A DNA stretch of 64,000 bases, from contig JADGIG010000004.1 of NCBI GenBank assembly GCA_018985235.1, forward strand, positions 1 through 64,000, read 5' to 3'. Of the stretch, positions 45,665 to 55,325 are shown piece by piece. The stretch comes from Sanchytrium tribonematis. Taxonomy: Eukaryota. The notes beneath the pieces were generated by a model. The model saw only the letters and a program-made list of their open reading frames with translations. It was not told where the DNA came from and did not search any database. The stretch's first letter is position 1; each line of letters begins with the position of its first letter. The translations under genes were made by a program, and so were the position numbers.

Positions 45665-47958
45665 TTAAGTCGCATTTTTATGGCTGAGGTGTTTGTCCAA
45701 TATACTCGCTAAAATAAATTTATTCTAATAATTGGAAAAACACTTCAAGAGATGCATCAATATTGTGACTGTCTATAAATATTTTTTTTATATGATCCCA
45801 AAGGGACTCATCATCCCATTTGAGTAGCAATTTTTTCCCTATAAATTGGTCATGGGATATATTTGCTAAAATTAAATCAGCAATTTTGTTCAATTGCGTC
45901 GGAGAAAAGTCGTGCGGCCTTAGAGGAATGTGATATAATACCCAACAAATTGTGGGAGTCAAAAATTCTTCAGTGAGCAGGGAAGGCTCAATATATTTCC
46001 CAATAGCCTTGAGCAACTCCTCGAGATGTAGGAGAGTATCTTGTGGATTTTTGACAAAAGCCTAAATAAATAAATTCTACCAAATGATCAAATATTAGCA
46101 TTGAATTGCTCAAAATTCCCAAAGTTAGTGTCTCTGAAAGAGTTTCCATCTTCTTAATCGTCCAAGTCAGCATCGATATAGAAATGCCTAGATAATCTGT
46201 ATCAACCAGGTTTATAATTGTATCAAGCAAACAACCAGCGTGCAATGAGCGCGGATCCTCTGAGAAGTAGTCCATATAGTCAAATTTAGAAAAAGGAGTT
46301 GAATTTTGAAAAAGCATTACATAAAATTGGCATAAATTACCTTGCGATAAATACATATCAACATGATCAGAAAAAGAACGGAATTCCTTTGTTGAAAATG
46401 GAGTATCTAAAATCATAGGAGAATACAACGGCGTTGTCTGAGCCTCTTTGCGTCGACTCATTATGGGTGTTTTAGATGGTGTGAATATCTTAGACCTTGT
46501 AGGAGACATCAGATTATCAAACTTTTCCTCAATATTTTTGACCAGAGGAGTACAAGGCGTATTTTCTAAATATTCATTGTCATCGACTTTTAATTGTGAT
46601 AAAATAAGGGAAGTTTCTTCAACATCGGCTGTATTGTCTTTTATGGGAGTGACAAAACTGGCTTCATTTTGATTGGATTCATATTTTGATTCAGATGCTA
46701 CAATTTTGGCATCATCACCCGTTCTGTCATTAGACTTAGCAGTGGTAGTTTCATTTTGCAAATCAATTTTAGAGTCCATTTTGTTAAATGGCTTTGAAAA
46801 TTCAATTTCCTCGTTGCCTGAGTCTTCATCGTCGTCTGAAAGAGTACGCAATCTTTTTACCTCTAAACTCTTTTTAGGTGTGAAGGGAGCGGTTCGCTTA
46901 GGCAATGATATTTCGATAGATGTTGAGTCATCCTCTTTTCCTAAAAGATTATTTATATGATTTTTAATTTCTATACTGGCTTTAGAATAATTGACATACT
47001 GAAATACCAGTGGGTCCCAACAAGAGACCATTTCCAAGGTGACCATTTCCCACTTGATAACGTATTTAAGTCTCATCCATCTTTTTTCGCGGACTAAAAT
47101 ATCAACACATTCAGAAATAGACAGTTTATCCTCAATTTTTTGCAGAGTGGGTGCAATGTTTCTCACCAGCACGAGTTTCTGGTATAATTTAACGAGTAGG
47201 TCCTTACTGAGATTATCATACGGGAGTTTGTTTAGCGTATCAATTGTTTTAATCCTTTGATTAGTGTCTAAAAGATACAACAAGTTGTTAATTTCTTTTT
47301 CCCGTGAAGGATGAGATAGCCTGTCTGACGATTTGAAGGATTCTGTGATTCTTTTCGTGGGTTTTACAAGAATGTTTAATCTCTTCTTTTCAAGGTTACC
47401 CAGTTGATTCTCTAGAATAGTTTGTTCTTGTTGGCTTAGTAAACAAAAGAGATCTTTTCCTAAAGTCCTCATTAATGGATCCGAGTGTACAATGCATTTT
47501 TTGACATATTCCGAAATTAAAGTTCCTTGCAACGTCCTATGATTTAATTTAGTTTTCGCTTTTATTTCTTCCATGACGTGATTATTCATAAAATGCGTCA
47601 ATAATTCTAATTGTTGCTTATATTTGGAAGTACAATGCTTCATTATCGTGTCCATATAAGGATGCAAATTATAGTTTTCGGGAATACAACCAATACTCAG
47701 ATCCAAAAATATTTTTTTTGTCTTTCTTGCTAATTGAAATAATGAATTGATAAGTAAAGGGAAATGGTTCATGTTAGGCTGCTCTTTTAAATTTTTATGT
47801 ACACAATTTATAAATGCCTTAATTAGCAAAGATCGCTCGCTATTCAACAAATGACAATATTTGTCTAGATCTGGTAGCAAATTTGTTTTGGCATCTTTTA
47901 ATACAGGTATCTGCTGCATAAATTTGGTATCTGGCTGTAAGAGAATATTGTAAACCAT
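45665..47958 (-). CDS. Hypothetical helical-repeat protein with central S/T-P-rich linker (2-3 exons)
   Basis: Two track ORFs join across intron 46062-46080; a possible last intron 45725-45743 would move the stop from 45720 to 45665. Confidence 0.65.
45725..45743 (-). other. Possible 19-nt intron
   Basis: gtgtttttccaattattag; right length and ends, but no A at -6 and no homology support. Confidence 0.35.
46062..46080 (-). other. 19-nt spliceosomal intron
   Basis: TTG|gtagaatttatttatttag|GCT joins ORF 45720-46016 in frame. Confidence 0.8.
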
Positions 47959-47985
47959 CAACTTCAAGAAACGTGGGGATTCAAA

Positions 47986-49113
47986 ATGAAATTTGGAGAT
48001 GCATTAATTTATGATTACTCTTCCAGTGTTTCTAAAGAAGAGATTATCACCATTGGATCTCTTAAACATAATCTCAAAGATCATGAAATGAATAATGATG
48101 GTGATATAGGACCAATTACAATTGTACAATTTAATATTGAAAGAGGCTATCAACTGGACAAAGTCATAAAACTAATCAGAGAATGCAATGCGGATGTTAT
48201 TTGTATTCAAGAAATAGATATTGATTGTGTAAGATCCCATAAAAGAAATTGCGCTCAGGAACTTGCAAAACAATTGAAGATGAAATGCATTTGCGTGATA
48301 GAATTTGAGGAATTAGATGAGCAGGGAGTTCATGGCAATGCGATACTCAGTCGATTAGATTTTGAGCTAGTTGATGTAATTTTGCATAGCGAAGTATTTA
48401 ACTGGAATGAACTTGGTAAATCGAAAGGTGAGGCGAGAATTGGACAAAGATGCACAATGGTATGTAAATTCACCATACGACATAGATCTGTCCTGATATA
48501 TTCAGCTCATTTGGAGGTATTTACTGGCATACTAGGCCGAGTGACTCAGATCAGCGAAATTTTCAATTTTGCGAACAGAGCGGATGCCTCTTTGCAAATT
48601 CTTTGTGGCGATTTAAATACTCTTGGTCATGGAATCGCTAGGCTAAGTCCAAGTTATTGCAATGATACTATGCGTTGGAGAAGTATAGGTTACTCAGAAA
48701 GTGAATTTTTTTACGATAGAGTTCTGAAATTTTATACAGAAGATGGCGAGTTTAACGAAAGTTTAAAAGGATATGGTCTAACTGACGAGATTTTGAAAGC
48801 TTGTAGAAATCCTGGCTTTCATGAAGTTTTTGATTTAAATGAGATAACATTAACAAGCTATGGAGGCGCATTTCAAGGAAAGCTTGATTGGGTTTTAGTC
48901 AAGGGCTTTAAAGTAAAATCAAAGTATATGAAAAATGTTGACTTTAATGCTAGTGACCATAAATTGCTTTGTTGCACATTAATTAATGGTGAGCCAGACG
49001 ATCCTCATAATCTTACTATAGATAGAAGGACAAAACTTTTTACCTACGGTCTAATTTTTGCTACCACAACAGTTGCTATAACATCTTTGTACTTGCGGAT
49101 TAAAAAGCACTAA
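47986..49113 (+). CDS. Endonuclease/exonuclease/phosphatase (EEP) family protein with C-terminal TM
   Basis: FNIERG, DVICIQE, GNAILS, GDLNT, LDWVL, SDH. Confidence 0.9.
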   Translation: MKFGDALIYDYSSSVSKEEIITIGSLKHNLKDHEMNNDGDIGPITIVQFNIERGYQLDKVIKLIRECNADVICIQEIDIDCVRSHKRNCAQELAKQLKMKCICVIEFEELDEQGVHGNAILSRLDFELVDVILHSEVFNWNELGKSKGEARIGQRCTMVCKFTIRHRSVLIYSAHLEVFTGILGRVTQISEIFNFANRADASLQILCGDLNTLGHGIARLSPSYCNDTMRWRSIGYSESEFFYDRVLKFYTEDGEFNESLKGYGLTDEILKACRNPGFHEVFDLNEITLTSYGGAFQGKLDWVLVKGFKVKSKYMKNVDFNASDHKLLCCTLINGEPDDPHNLTIDRRTKLFTYGLIFATTTVAITSLYLRIKKH

Positions 49114-49163
49114 TAGTTGTTTCATTTGTCCAAACTAATAAACTTATATTTTCCTGACACAAA

Positions 49164-50435
49164 ATGGGAACGCTTTTCAATGGAGAAATATTAAATATTC
49201 CTTTTATAAGCGTCGACTATCTCACAAAATCCAAAAACCATCTATATTTTGTTAGCCATGCCCACTCGGACCATTTTCAAGGTTTAAATTCGGAAGTTAC
49301 AATTCATTGCACTAGAATTACAGCAGAGTTTTTTCATTTGAAATTTAACATACCCAGGTCTAATCTAGTTGCATTACAAGGTTCGCAAATCATCAATTTT
49401 GGAAGAAAATCGCTTAAAGTCACGGTGATTGATGCAAATCATTGTTATGGAAGTTGTATGTTTTATTTTGAATATTTGGAACATAAAATACTATACACTG
49501 GTGACTGCAGACTAGATGGTGAATATCTTAAGCTGCAGCGGAACTTTTTTTCAAATTTGAAAGTTACCGAAATATATTTTGACAATACATTAGCAGGCAG
49601 AAGGTTTTACGAGTTGCCAACTATTACAGAGAGCCTCATTAGCCTAACCAAATTCATTAAGAAACAACGCAAATCTACAATGTTCTTCATTGATTATTTA
49701 TATGTTGGACATGAGGTTTTATTTGAAATACTTTTTAAAAAATTTAATCAAAAGATCCATGTTGATTTAGAATTCATGAAAATGTATCAGAACATTCCTT
49801 GCAAGCTATCAAATGGTTTCCTCTCTGAAGTCATGACTTTGAATCCACTTGAGACAAAATTCCATTACTGCACCAGCATGCGATGCGCCAGGCAGTTTAA
49901 AATTCACAAATGCGCTGAAGGTTGCCCACATGAGAATATTGTAATAAGAGCATCTGTTCTTACCTTCCGAAGTTCTATTAATTTTAATGAAAGAAAATTT
50001 AATCAGACGTTACAACTGTTCGAGAAAGAATTAGACAGCTTCCAACACAATGAGAGAAAAAGTTGCGTGGTTCAAATCGATTCGGAAAACAGTCACAATT
50101 TCAATTTACTTTTAAGTCTTCATTCTTCTGTATTAGAGTTGGATGTATTTCTTCGATTTTTCAACCTACCTTCGTCGAAAATATACCCTATTGTCAAAGT
50201 TAGCGAATACATACAAGGGCCGATAAAAGTGAACTCGCATCAGCATGCTTATCGCTTTTTAACTTTGGAAACAACCTTAAAGTCAACAACTTGTAATGAA
50301 GTGGTGCAATCAACATTCCCCAAAATCGATAATAATCAAGAAACTTTGTTTGAATACATACCTTCAACATTTCCAGAGGAAGATACCAAGTCTGATATGC
50401 TTATTGAAATTAAACCAGCTTATTTTTTAAAGTGA
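49164..50435 (+). CDS. SNM1/Artemis-family MBL beta-CASP nuclease
   Basis: SHAHSDH, DANHCYGS, YTGDCR, DNT, LHSS. Confidence 0.9.
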   Translation: MGTLFNGEILNIPFISVDYLTKSKNHLYFVSHAHSDHFQGLNSEVTIHCTRITAEFFHLKFNIPRSNLVALQGSQIINFGRKSLKVTVIDANHCYGSCMFYFEYLEHKILYTGDCRLDGEYLKLQRNFFSNLKVTEIYFDNTLAGRRFYELPTITESLISLTKFIKKQRKSTMFFIDYLYVGHEVLFEILFKKFNQKIHVDLEFMKMYQNIPCKLSNGFLSEVMTLNPLETKFHYCTSMRCARQFKIHKCAEGCPHENIVIRASVLTFRSSINFNERKFNQTLQLFEKELDSFQHNERKSCVVQIDSENSHNFNLLLSLHSSVLELDVFLRFFNLPSSKIYPIVKVSEYIQGPIKVNSHQHAYRFLTLETTLKSTTCNEVVQSTFPKIDNNQETLFEYIPSTFPEEDTKSDMLIEIKPAYFLK

Positions 50436-50452
50436 TGCCAAATTACAATTAT

Positions 50453-51349
50453 TTATTCAAAAGCTTGACTTATCAGTTTTTTTTGATCTGAAGATAATTT
50501 AGTAGGTAAAACGACCTGGTACTCAACATACAGATCTCCACCTAATCCTTTGCCTTTAAAAGTCTGAATGAACCCACTGTGGGTGACACCACTCCTTTTC
50601 AGTCGCAATGTTGAGCCATCAATATGCTCAAAGTCATGTTCAAATCCTAGCAATGCATGTTTTAAACCTAGATGTTGAACAAATCGCAAATTTTCTCCTT
50701 CTCTTTTGAAGCTTGCATCTTCTGCGACGCGAACTCGGAATTTGATGTCTCCTGGAAGTATTTCTTCGTTATCATCGTCAACTGCAAAAGCATATCGGTT
50801 TCGTGCATTAAGATCGGGAAGAACATTTTCTTTCACAAACTGAGTGCCATCTTTCACTCCACTTGGTAAATCAAATTCAAATACTTCGTGCTGAAGTACT
50901 CTAGACTTGAAAGTTGCAGAGGCCACGGCTATCTTTATATGTTTCCCTTTTAGCACATCTTTCAAAGAAACCCAAAGGTCCATTGTAATATCCGGACCAG
51001 AATTTTGTTGCTGCTGCATGTTGCCTTGAAAAAAATGTTTAAATATGTCAAATGGATTCTGTGAATCTTGTTGCTGATTTAATCCCTCTTTTCCAAATCT
51101 TTTGTATTTCTCCCTCTTTTCGTCGTCATAGAGAACACCATAAGCTTCTCCAATGTTAGTAAAATCACTTGTCGTATCCTTTTCTCGATTTTTATCAGGA
51201 TGATATTCTACGGCTAATTTTCTATATGCTCGCTTTACATCTTGTCTGTTTGCTGTTCGTGGTAGTCCTAACCTCTCAAAATAATCCTCTGCTTCCGGAT
51301 TTGCTCTTGGGGAGCCAAACAAAAGAGATAAGAGTAACAAAACAAACAT
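50453..51349 (-). CDS. ER-type DnaJ (Scj1/ERdj3-like) without Cys-rich domain
   Basis: Signal peptide, J domain with HPD, DnaJ C-terminal domain. Confidence 0.88.
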   Translation of the reverse strand: MFVLLLLSLLFGSPRANPEAEDYFERLGLPRTANRQDVKRAYRKLAVEYHPDKNREKDTTSDFTNIGEAYGVLYDDEKREKYKRFGKEGLNQQQDSQNPFDIFKHFFQGNMQQQQNSGPDITMDLWVSLKDVLKGKHIKIAVASATFKSRVLQHEVFEFDLPSGVKDGTQFVKENVLPDLNARNRYAFAVDDDNEEILPGDIKFRVRVAEDASFKREGENLRFVQHLGLKHALLGFEHDFEHIDGSTLRLKRSGVTHSGFIQTFKGKGLGGDLYVEYQVVLPTKLSSDQKKLISQAFE

Positions 51350-51391
51350 TTGTTTCAGAAAAGATTGGCAATGTATTTTATTCCAATAGAT

Positions 51392-51787
51392 TTATATTTT
51401 GAATTGTTTCTCTCCCAATATTTCGCCAACATGCAACACATTGGATTTGACTGAATAGTTTGTGGTGACCTTATTATCTTTTTTAACATGAATGGGAAAT
51501 TTAGTGCAAATATTTGCTGGGTATATGATATTCGAATATAGCGTGGTCAAATTAACATGCTCCACCAGCATACTGTTTCCAGGAATATCGACAGTTTCAG
51601 CCTTGTCCAAGTCCCATTTGATTTTCCTTCCAATGAATGCTGGTTTAGGATGTATGTCGAAGTAGTCTTCCTGCATCTTCTGGAGAGGAGATTGAGCCTT
51701 TACTAAAGTTACAGTACAATTGTCTGAATTTATAAATTTAACTTCTATTAGAGAGTCTTTCATTAAAGCTATAGAAAGTAAAATCAT
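51392..51787 (-). CDS. Hypothetical protein, possibly secreted
   Basis: Gap-filling ORF with hydrophobic N-terminus. Confidence 0.6.
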   Translation of the reverse strand: MILLSIALMKDSLIEVKFINSDNCTVTLVKAQSPLQKMQEDYFDIHPKPAFIGRKIKWDLDKAETVDIPGNSMLVEHVNLTTLYSNIIYPANICTKFPIHVKKDNKVTTNYSVKSNVLHVGEILGEKQFKI

Positions 51788-51922
51788 CAAGTTTAAAGGG
51801 GACTAGTAGAGATCGCCCATGACTAAATTTTTAGATTATTCTCATCATTCTCATCATAATCAACAATGTGGTTGAAATCGACTCTTGTCTAGAGATTTTA
51901 AATTACAATTCTTTTTGAAACA

Positions 51923-52570
51923 ATGAACTGGGAAGTAATGGGAGTTTATGTTTACAACAAAGGCTATTGCTTCTCTATATCTAGATTCCATGACGTTTTT
52001 ACAAATATTTTTCAAAAGCCCTTAGTTAAATCAGGTAAACTCTCTAAGCAATTGAATATTGAATACAATGGCTTTGAAACCCATCAAATTGACGGATTTA
52101 CCTACTACACTTATTTAGGCCACTCGGAAATCTTTCAAAATTATAATCCTTTCGAAAAGATGAATAATTTATTTAAGTCTGGAGAGCACGTTACCAAAGG
52201 TCAAATCTTAAAAATGTATAAGTTGATCTACAAGGAAGATTTAATTGATGAAAGCATAATTGATCAAGTTTTTAAAAAACAAAAAAAGAAATATTATACA
52301 GGGACTTGCGAATTGGTAATAAACCCACCAAGGCAGTTTGAAATTATTGAAAAGCTCAATCTTTTAAGGAGGTCTATTGTGCCCGAGACGAAAGAGCTAG
52401 ACCTAGAAGACGATCTCTACAACATCCCGCTGGCTGGAAGCAAAAGAAAGACTTCAGACTTTAAAGATGAGGGGAAAAGATTTAAAAATCTGGAAACATA
52501 TGCTTTTAATTCGGTAAATGAGCAACATACGAAATCTGTTATGAAAATACTTCTGAAGCTTAGAAATTAA
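51923..52570 (+). CDS. Hypothetical protein
   Basis: 215-aa ORF preceded by the TTTGAAACA start motif. Confidence 0.7.
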   Translation: MNWEVMGVYVYNKGYCFSISRFHDVFTNIFQKPLVKSGKLSKQLNIEYNGFETHQIDGFTYYTYLGHSEIFQNYNPFEKMNNLFKSGEHVTKGQILKMYKLIYKEDLIDESIIDQVFKKQKKKYYTGTCELVINPPRQFEIIEKLNLLRRSIVPETKELDLEDDLYNIPLAGSKRKTSDFKDEGKRFKNLETYAFNSVNEQHTKSVMKILLKLRN

Positions 52571-53041
52571 TCAAAGTTTACTTTTAAAAATGAATTTGGT
52601 GTGCCTTCCCGTTGCAACTAATGTTTTGCCTTCATCTTTATAAATATCTACTTGAGTAAAAGCAATATTTTTGCCTTTTTTCAAAAGCTTTGCTTCGCAA
52701 TATAGGTCCTCCCCTTTTTTGGCAGAAGATACATAGGAAATGTTAATGTCTGTTGAAACTTCCCTTATTAATTTGCCGCTATTTTGCAAATGCTTGGCTT
52801 GTTCTTCGTAGTTGTTTAAAGATATCACCACACCACCAAGCAAGTCAACTATACCTGAAAACACACCACCATGAATACTATCGTATACGTTAACAAATTT
52901 GCTGGTGTCCGGACGAAATCTACATTTAAATATGGGTTCTAACTCAAGAATTTCCATCTTGTCGAGTAACATTTTATCGTAACCGTCAACCGAATTGATC
53001 AGCTCAAATAAAGCTTCAATGTGCGGGTCATTTAATTTCAT
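52571..53041 (-). CDS. PaaI/ACOT13-like hot-dog acyl-CoA thioesterase
   Basis: NVYDSIHGG...VD, VSTDINISY, GRHTKF; ends SKL (PTS1-like); ATG 53041. Confidence 0.9.
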   Translation of the reverse strand: MKLNDPHIEALFELINSVDGYDKMLLDKMEILELEPIFKCRFRPDTSKFVNVYDSIHGGVFSGIVDLLGGVVISLNNYEEQAKHLQNSGKLIREVSTDINISYVSSAKKGEDLYCEAKLLKKGKNIAFTQVDIYKDEGKTLVATGRHTKFIFKSKL

Positions 53042-53187
53042 ATATTCAGAAAAACCCAAATTCAGGTTTCAAAAAATCTAAGTCTCATTTCGTTAATTTT
53101 TACAGCTTACGCCAAAATACTAATTGTGCATGAAATAGCATCCGGATTTGTATATAAGATTTTAAAACGATACTTTTCTGCATTGAT

Positions 53188-53502
53188 TTATTCCTCGTCA
53201 CAAATTTCTTCGTCACGCCAGAGAGTTCCAAGCCTACACCCACAAAGTCCAGCTTGAGTCAAATGCCCAAGCAATCCTATATGAGGTTTTCTTGTTTGTA
53301 AAAAGTAGATCAAACTTACTGCTAGAGCCGTGGAATTTCCCGATTTTTCGTCCAGTTGAATGTTGTAAGCACTTACTATTGAGCCGAAGCAGAAGACTGA
53401 TTTCTGTATCGTGGTCAAAGGCGATCTTCCAAACCAAATAAATGTAGAAGCAAGGAGACAAGACACCTGTTCCATCGACTTGTTCAAATCTGTTCCATTC
53501 AT
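53188..53502 (-). CDS. Hypothetical small membrane protein
   Basis: 104-aa ORF with hydrophobic segments. Confidence 0.5.
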   Translation of the reverse strand: MNGTDLNKSMEQVSCLLASTFIWFGRSPLTTIQKSVFCFGSIVSAYNIQLDEKSGNSTALAVSLIYFLQTRKPHIGLLGHLTQAGLCGCRLGTLWRDEEICDEE

Positions 53503-53522
53503 AACACATAAATATTTACTAC

Positions 53523-54185
53523 CTAATCACTTTCTACTTCACCGCCCTTAAATTCTTCGTCAGCGCTTTCTTCGTTGTCATCATCCTCCGCGTCGCTGCC
53601 ATCTTCCATTAATGTATGTAACACTCTCTTTTGGTGGTATCCATGTTTTGGGATTGAAAAACTCTTATTAGTCTGCTGACAATAAGCTCTCACAATATCT
53701 ACTTTCTCATTTGGAAAGTAGCTGACAGGCTTCCCATCTACCTCCAAAGTACAATTGTGGGAAGTCATATCTCCAATCTCAATTTTCTTCAGATTTTCCA
53801 GCTTGATAGCGAATGATTGTTTTGCATAGTAAAGAGCTACACCCTGATCGCAAAGGTATAGATGACCACTGTGCATCAATGCAATACGTTCAATTACAGT
53901 CCAAGGCGTTGCGTTCTCTTCCAAACTTGACTCGCATGTGAACATGTGCTGGGTTTTCCCAGTAGTGAATAAAATCTTTCTCTTTTTTGAAGTCTCAAAC
54001 TTGAAAAGGTCTTTTGGCAGCTTTCCAAATTTCTCTTTTGTGATAACACAGGTAAATGATTTAGCCAACTTTCTTTGCAATGGCTCAAAGTGTTCAACAA
54101 CAGCTTGAAATACCTTTTTACTCTCTGGATAAGATTTGATAACAGCGTCGATCTGCGACTTTAATTCCTTGGGTAAACTGTCCAT
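53523..54185 (-). CDS. Putative Rtt106-like histone chaperone (shortened)
   Basis: MDSLPKELKSQI...YPESKKVF N-terminus, PH-like GHLYL segment, acidic tail; ATG 54185. Confidence 0.5.
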   Translation of the reverse strand: MDSLPKELKSQIDAVIKSYPESKKVFQAVVEHFEPLQRKLAKSFTCVITKEKFGKLPKDLFKFETSKKRKILFTTGKTQHMFTCESSLEENATPWTVIERIALMHSGHLYLCDQGVALYYAKQSFAIKLENLKKIEIGDMTSHNCTLEVDGKPVSYFPNEKVDIVRAYCQQTNKSFSIPKHGYHQKRVLHTLMEDGSDAEDDDNEESADEEFKGGEVESD

Positions 54186-54276
54186 AAATGTTTCAGGGAA
54201 TCTTGTGTCATTTCCACGTATTTGCATGAACGTCCGCCACGTCCTCAAAAATAGCAACAATCAATTTATTTTATAA

Positions 54277-55269
54277 TTAAGAAATTTCAGCTATGACTTC
54301 TGAGGTTGACTTTAAAAAGCCAATATCCTTACCATTCTTTATTACTTTCATTCCTTTCGGCACATAAGCATCAGTAAATGTTGTACAAGGAATAGCCAAT
54401 GGATACCACTCTGATTTGGAGCTGAAATCTTTGCTATGGCTTAAGTAAAAGGAATACTCAATTTTGCCATCTTTTACCTCTCCAATTTGATATAAATCTT
54501 GAAAATGACTCAAGTACCCAAATGATTCTGGAAGAGCTTGCGGTTTAAATGGAACATTATTTTGCATGTATATAGCAAGGCAATTATAAAAAAAGGCTTC
54601 AGGCGGCCGATTTTCGTATACAATTGGGAATTCAATGCCGTTTTTTGCGTCATAGAGATAAACAGTATTTCGGTTTGTATCAAAATCTGAACACTCTTGT
54701 TCAAAGCGGTAAAACAAAGATCGAATCTTGTTGTACAATAGTTTAGCAGTTTTGCTTCTGTCCCATTCTTGCAAATCATTGGAAAAAGATTGTAATAAAA
54801 ATTCTCCATCATATCCAATCAGTAACTCTACGCCATAATCTTGACCATTGGTAATGAACACGATTTTCAATTTGAGATACAATTGATTTTCAATCAAATG
54901 TTGCTTAGTGATCTCCAGCTCTTCTGTGTTCATTATGAACTCGACCTTTTCTTCATTCAAATCTAAAGGATACAATTTCACAGTACCTTCATCAACATTA
55001 TCTTCTTCCATATCAATATCACTGTCATCCTCTTCATCCTCTTCATCACTCATATCTTCTTCATTCTCATCCACCTCCATATCACCTCCAGTAAGCATAT
55101 TTCCTAGAGCTGTTGTGATTCCTTGAGTGAGTTCGTTGACAACATTGGAGAGTTGTTCAGTAGTCAAAAAGAACTCAATAAGATTCTGTTCAAATTCGTT
55201 TCTTTCATTTGCAGAAAGATCATCAATTTTAGATGGGTTTGCTAGCAATTGAAGGGAAGCGGCATCCAT
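54277..55269 (-). CDS. Hypothetical protein with acidic tract
   Basis: 330-aa ORF; no family recognised. Confidence 0.7.
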   Translation of the reverse strand: MDAASLQLLANPSKIDDLSANERNEFEQNLIEFFLTTEQLSNVVNELTQGITTALGNMLTGGDMEVDENEEDMSDEEDEEDDSDIDMEEDNVDEGTVKLYPLDLNEEKVEFIMNTEELEITKQHLIENQLYLKLKIVFITNGQDYGVELLIGYDGEFLLQSFSNDLQEWDRSKTAKLLYNKIRSLFYRFEQECSDFDTNRNTVYLYDAKNGIEFPIVYENRPPEAFFYNCLAIYMQNNVPFKPQALPESFGYLSHFQDLYQIGEVKDGKIEYSFYLSHSKDFSSKSEWYPLAIPCTTFTDAYVPKGMKVIKNGKDIGFLKSTSEVIAEIS

Positions 55270-55325
55270 TTCAAGGGAAAGTTTTAAAATATAACCTCGA
55301 CCAAAACTATCGCAAAAAAGATGAT

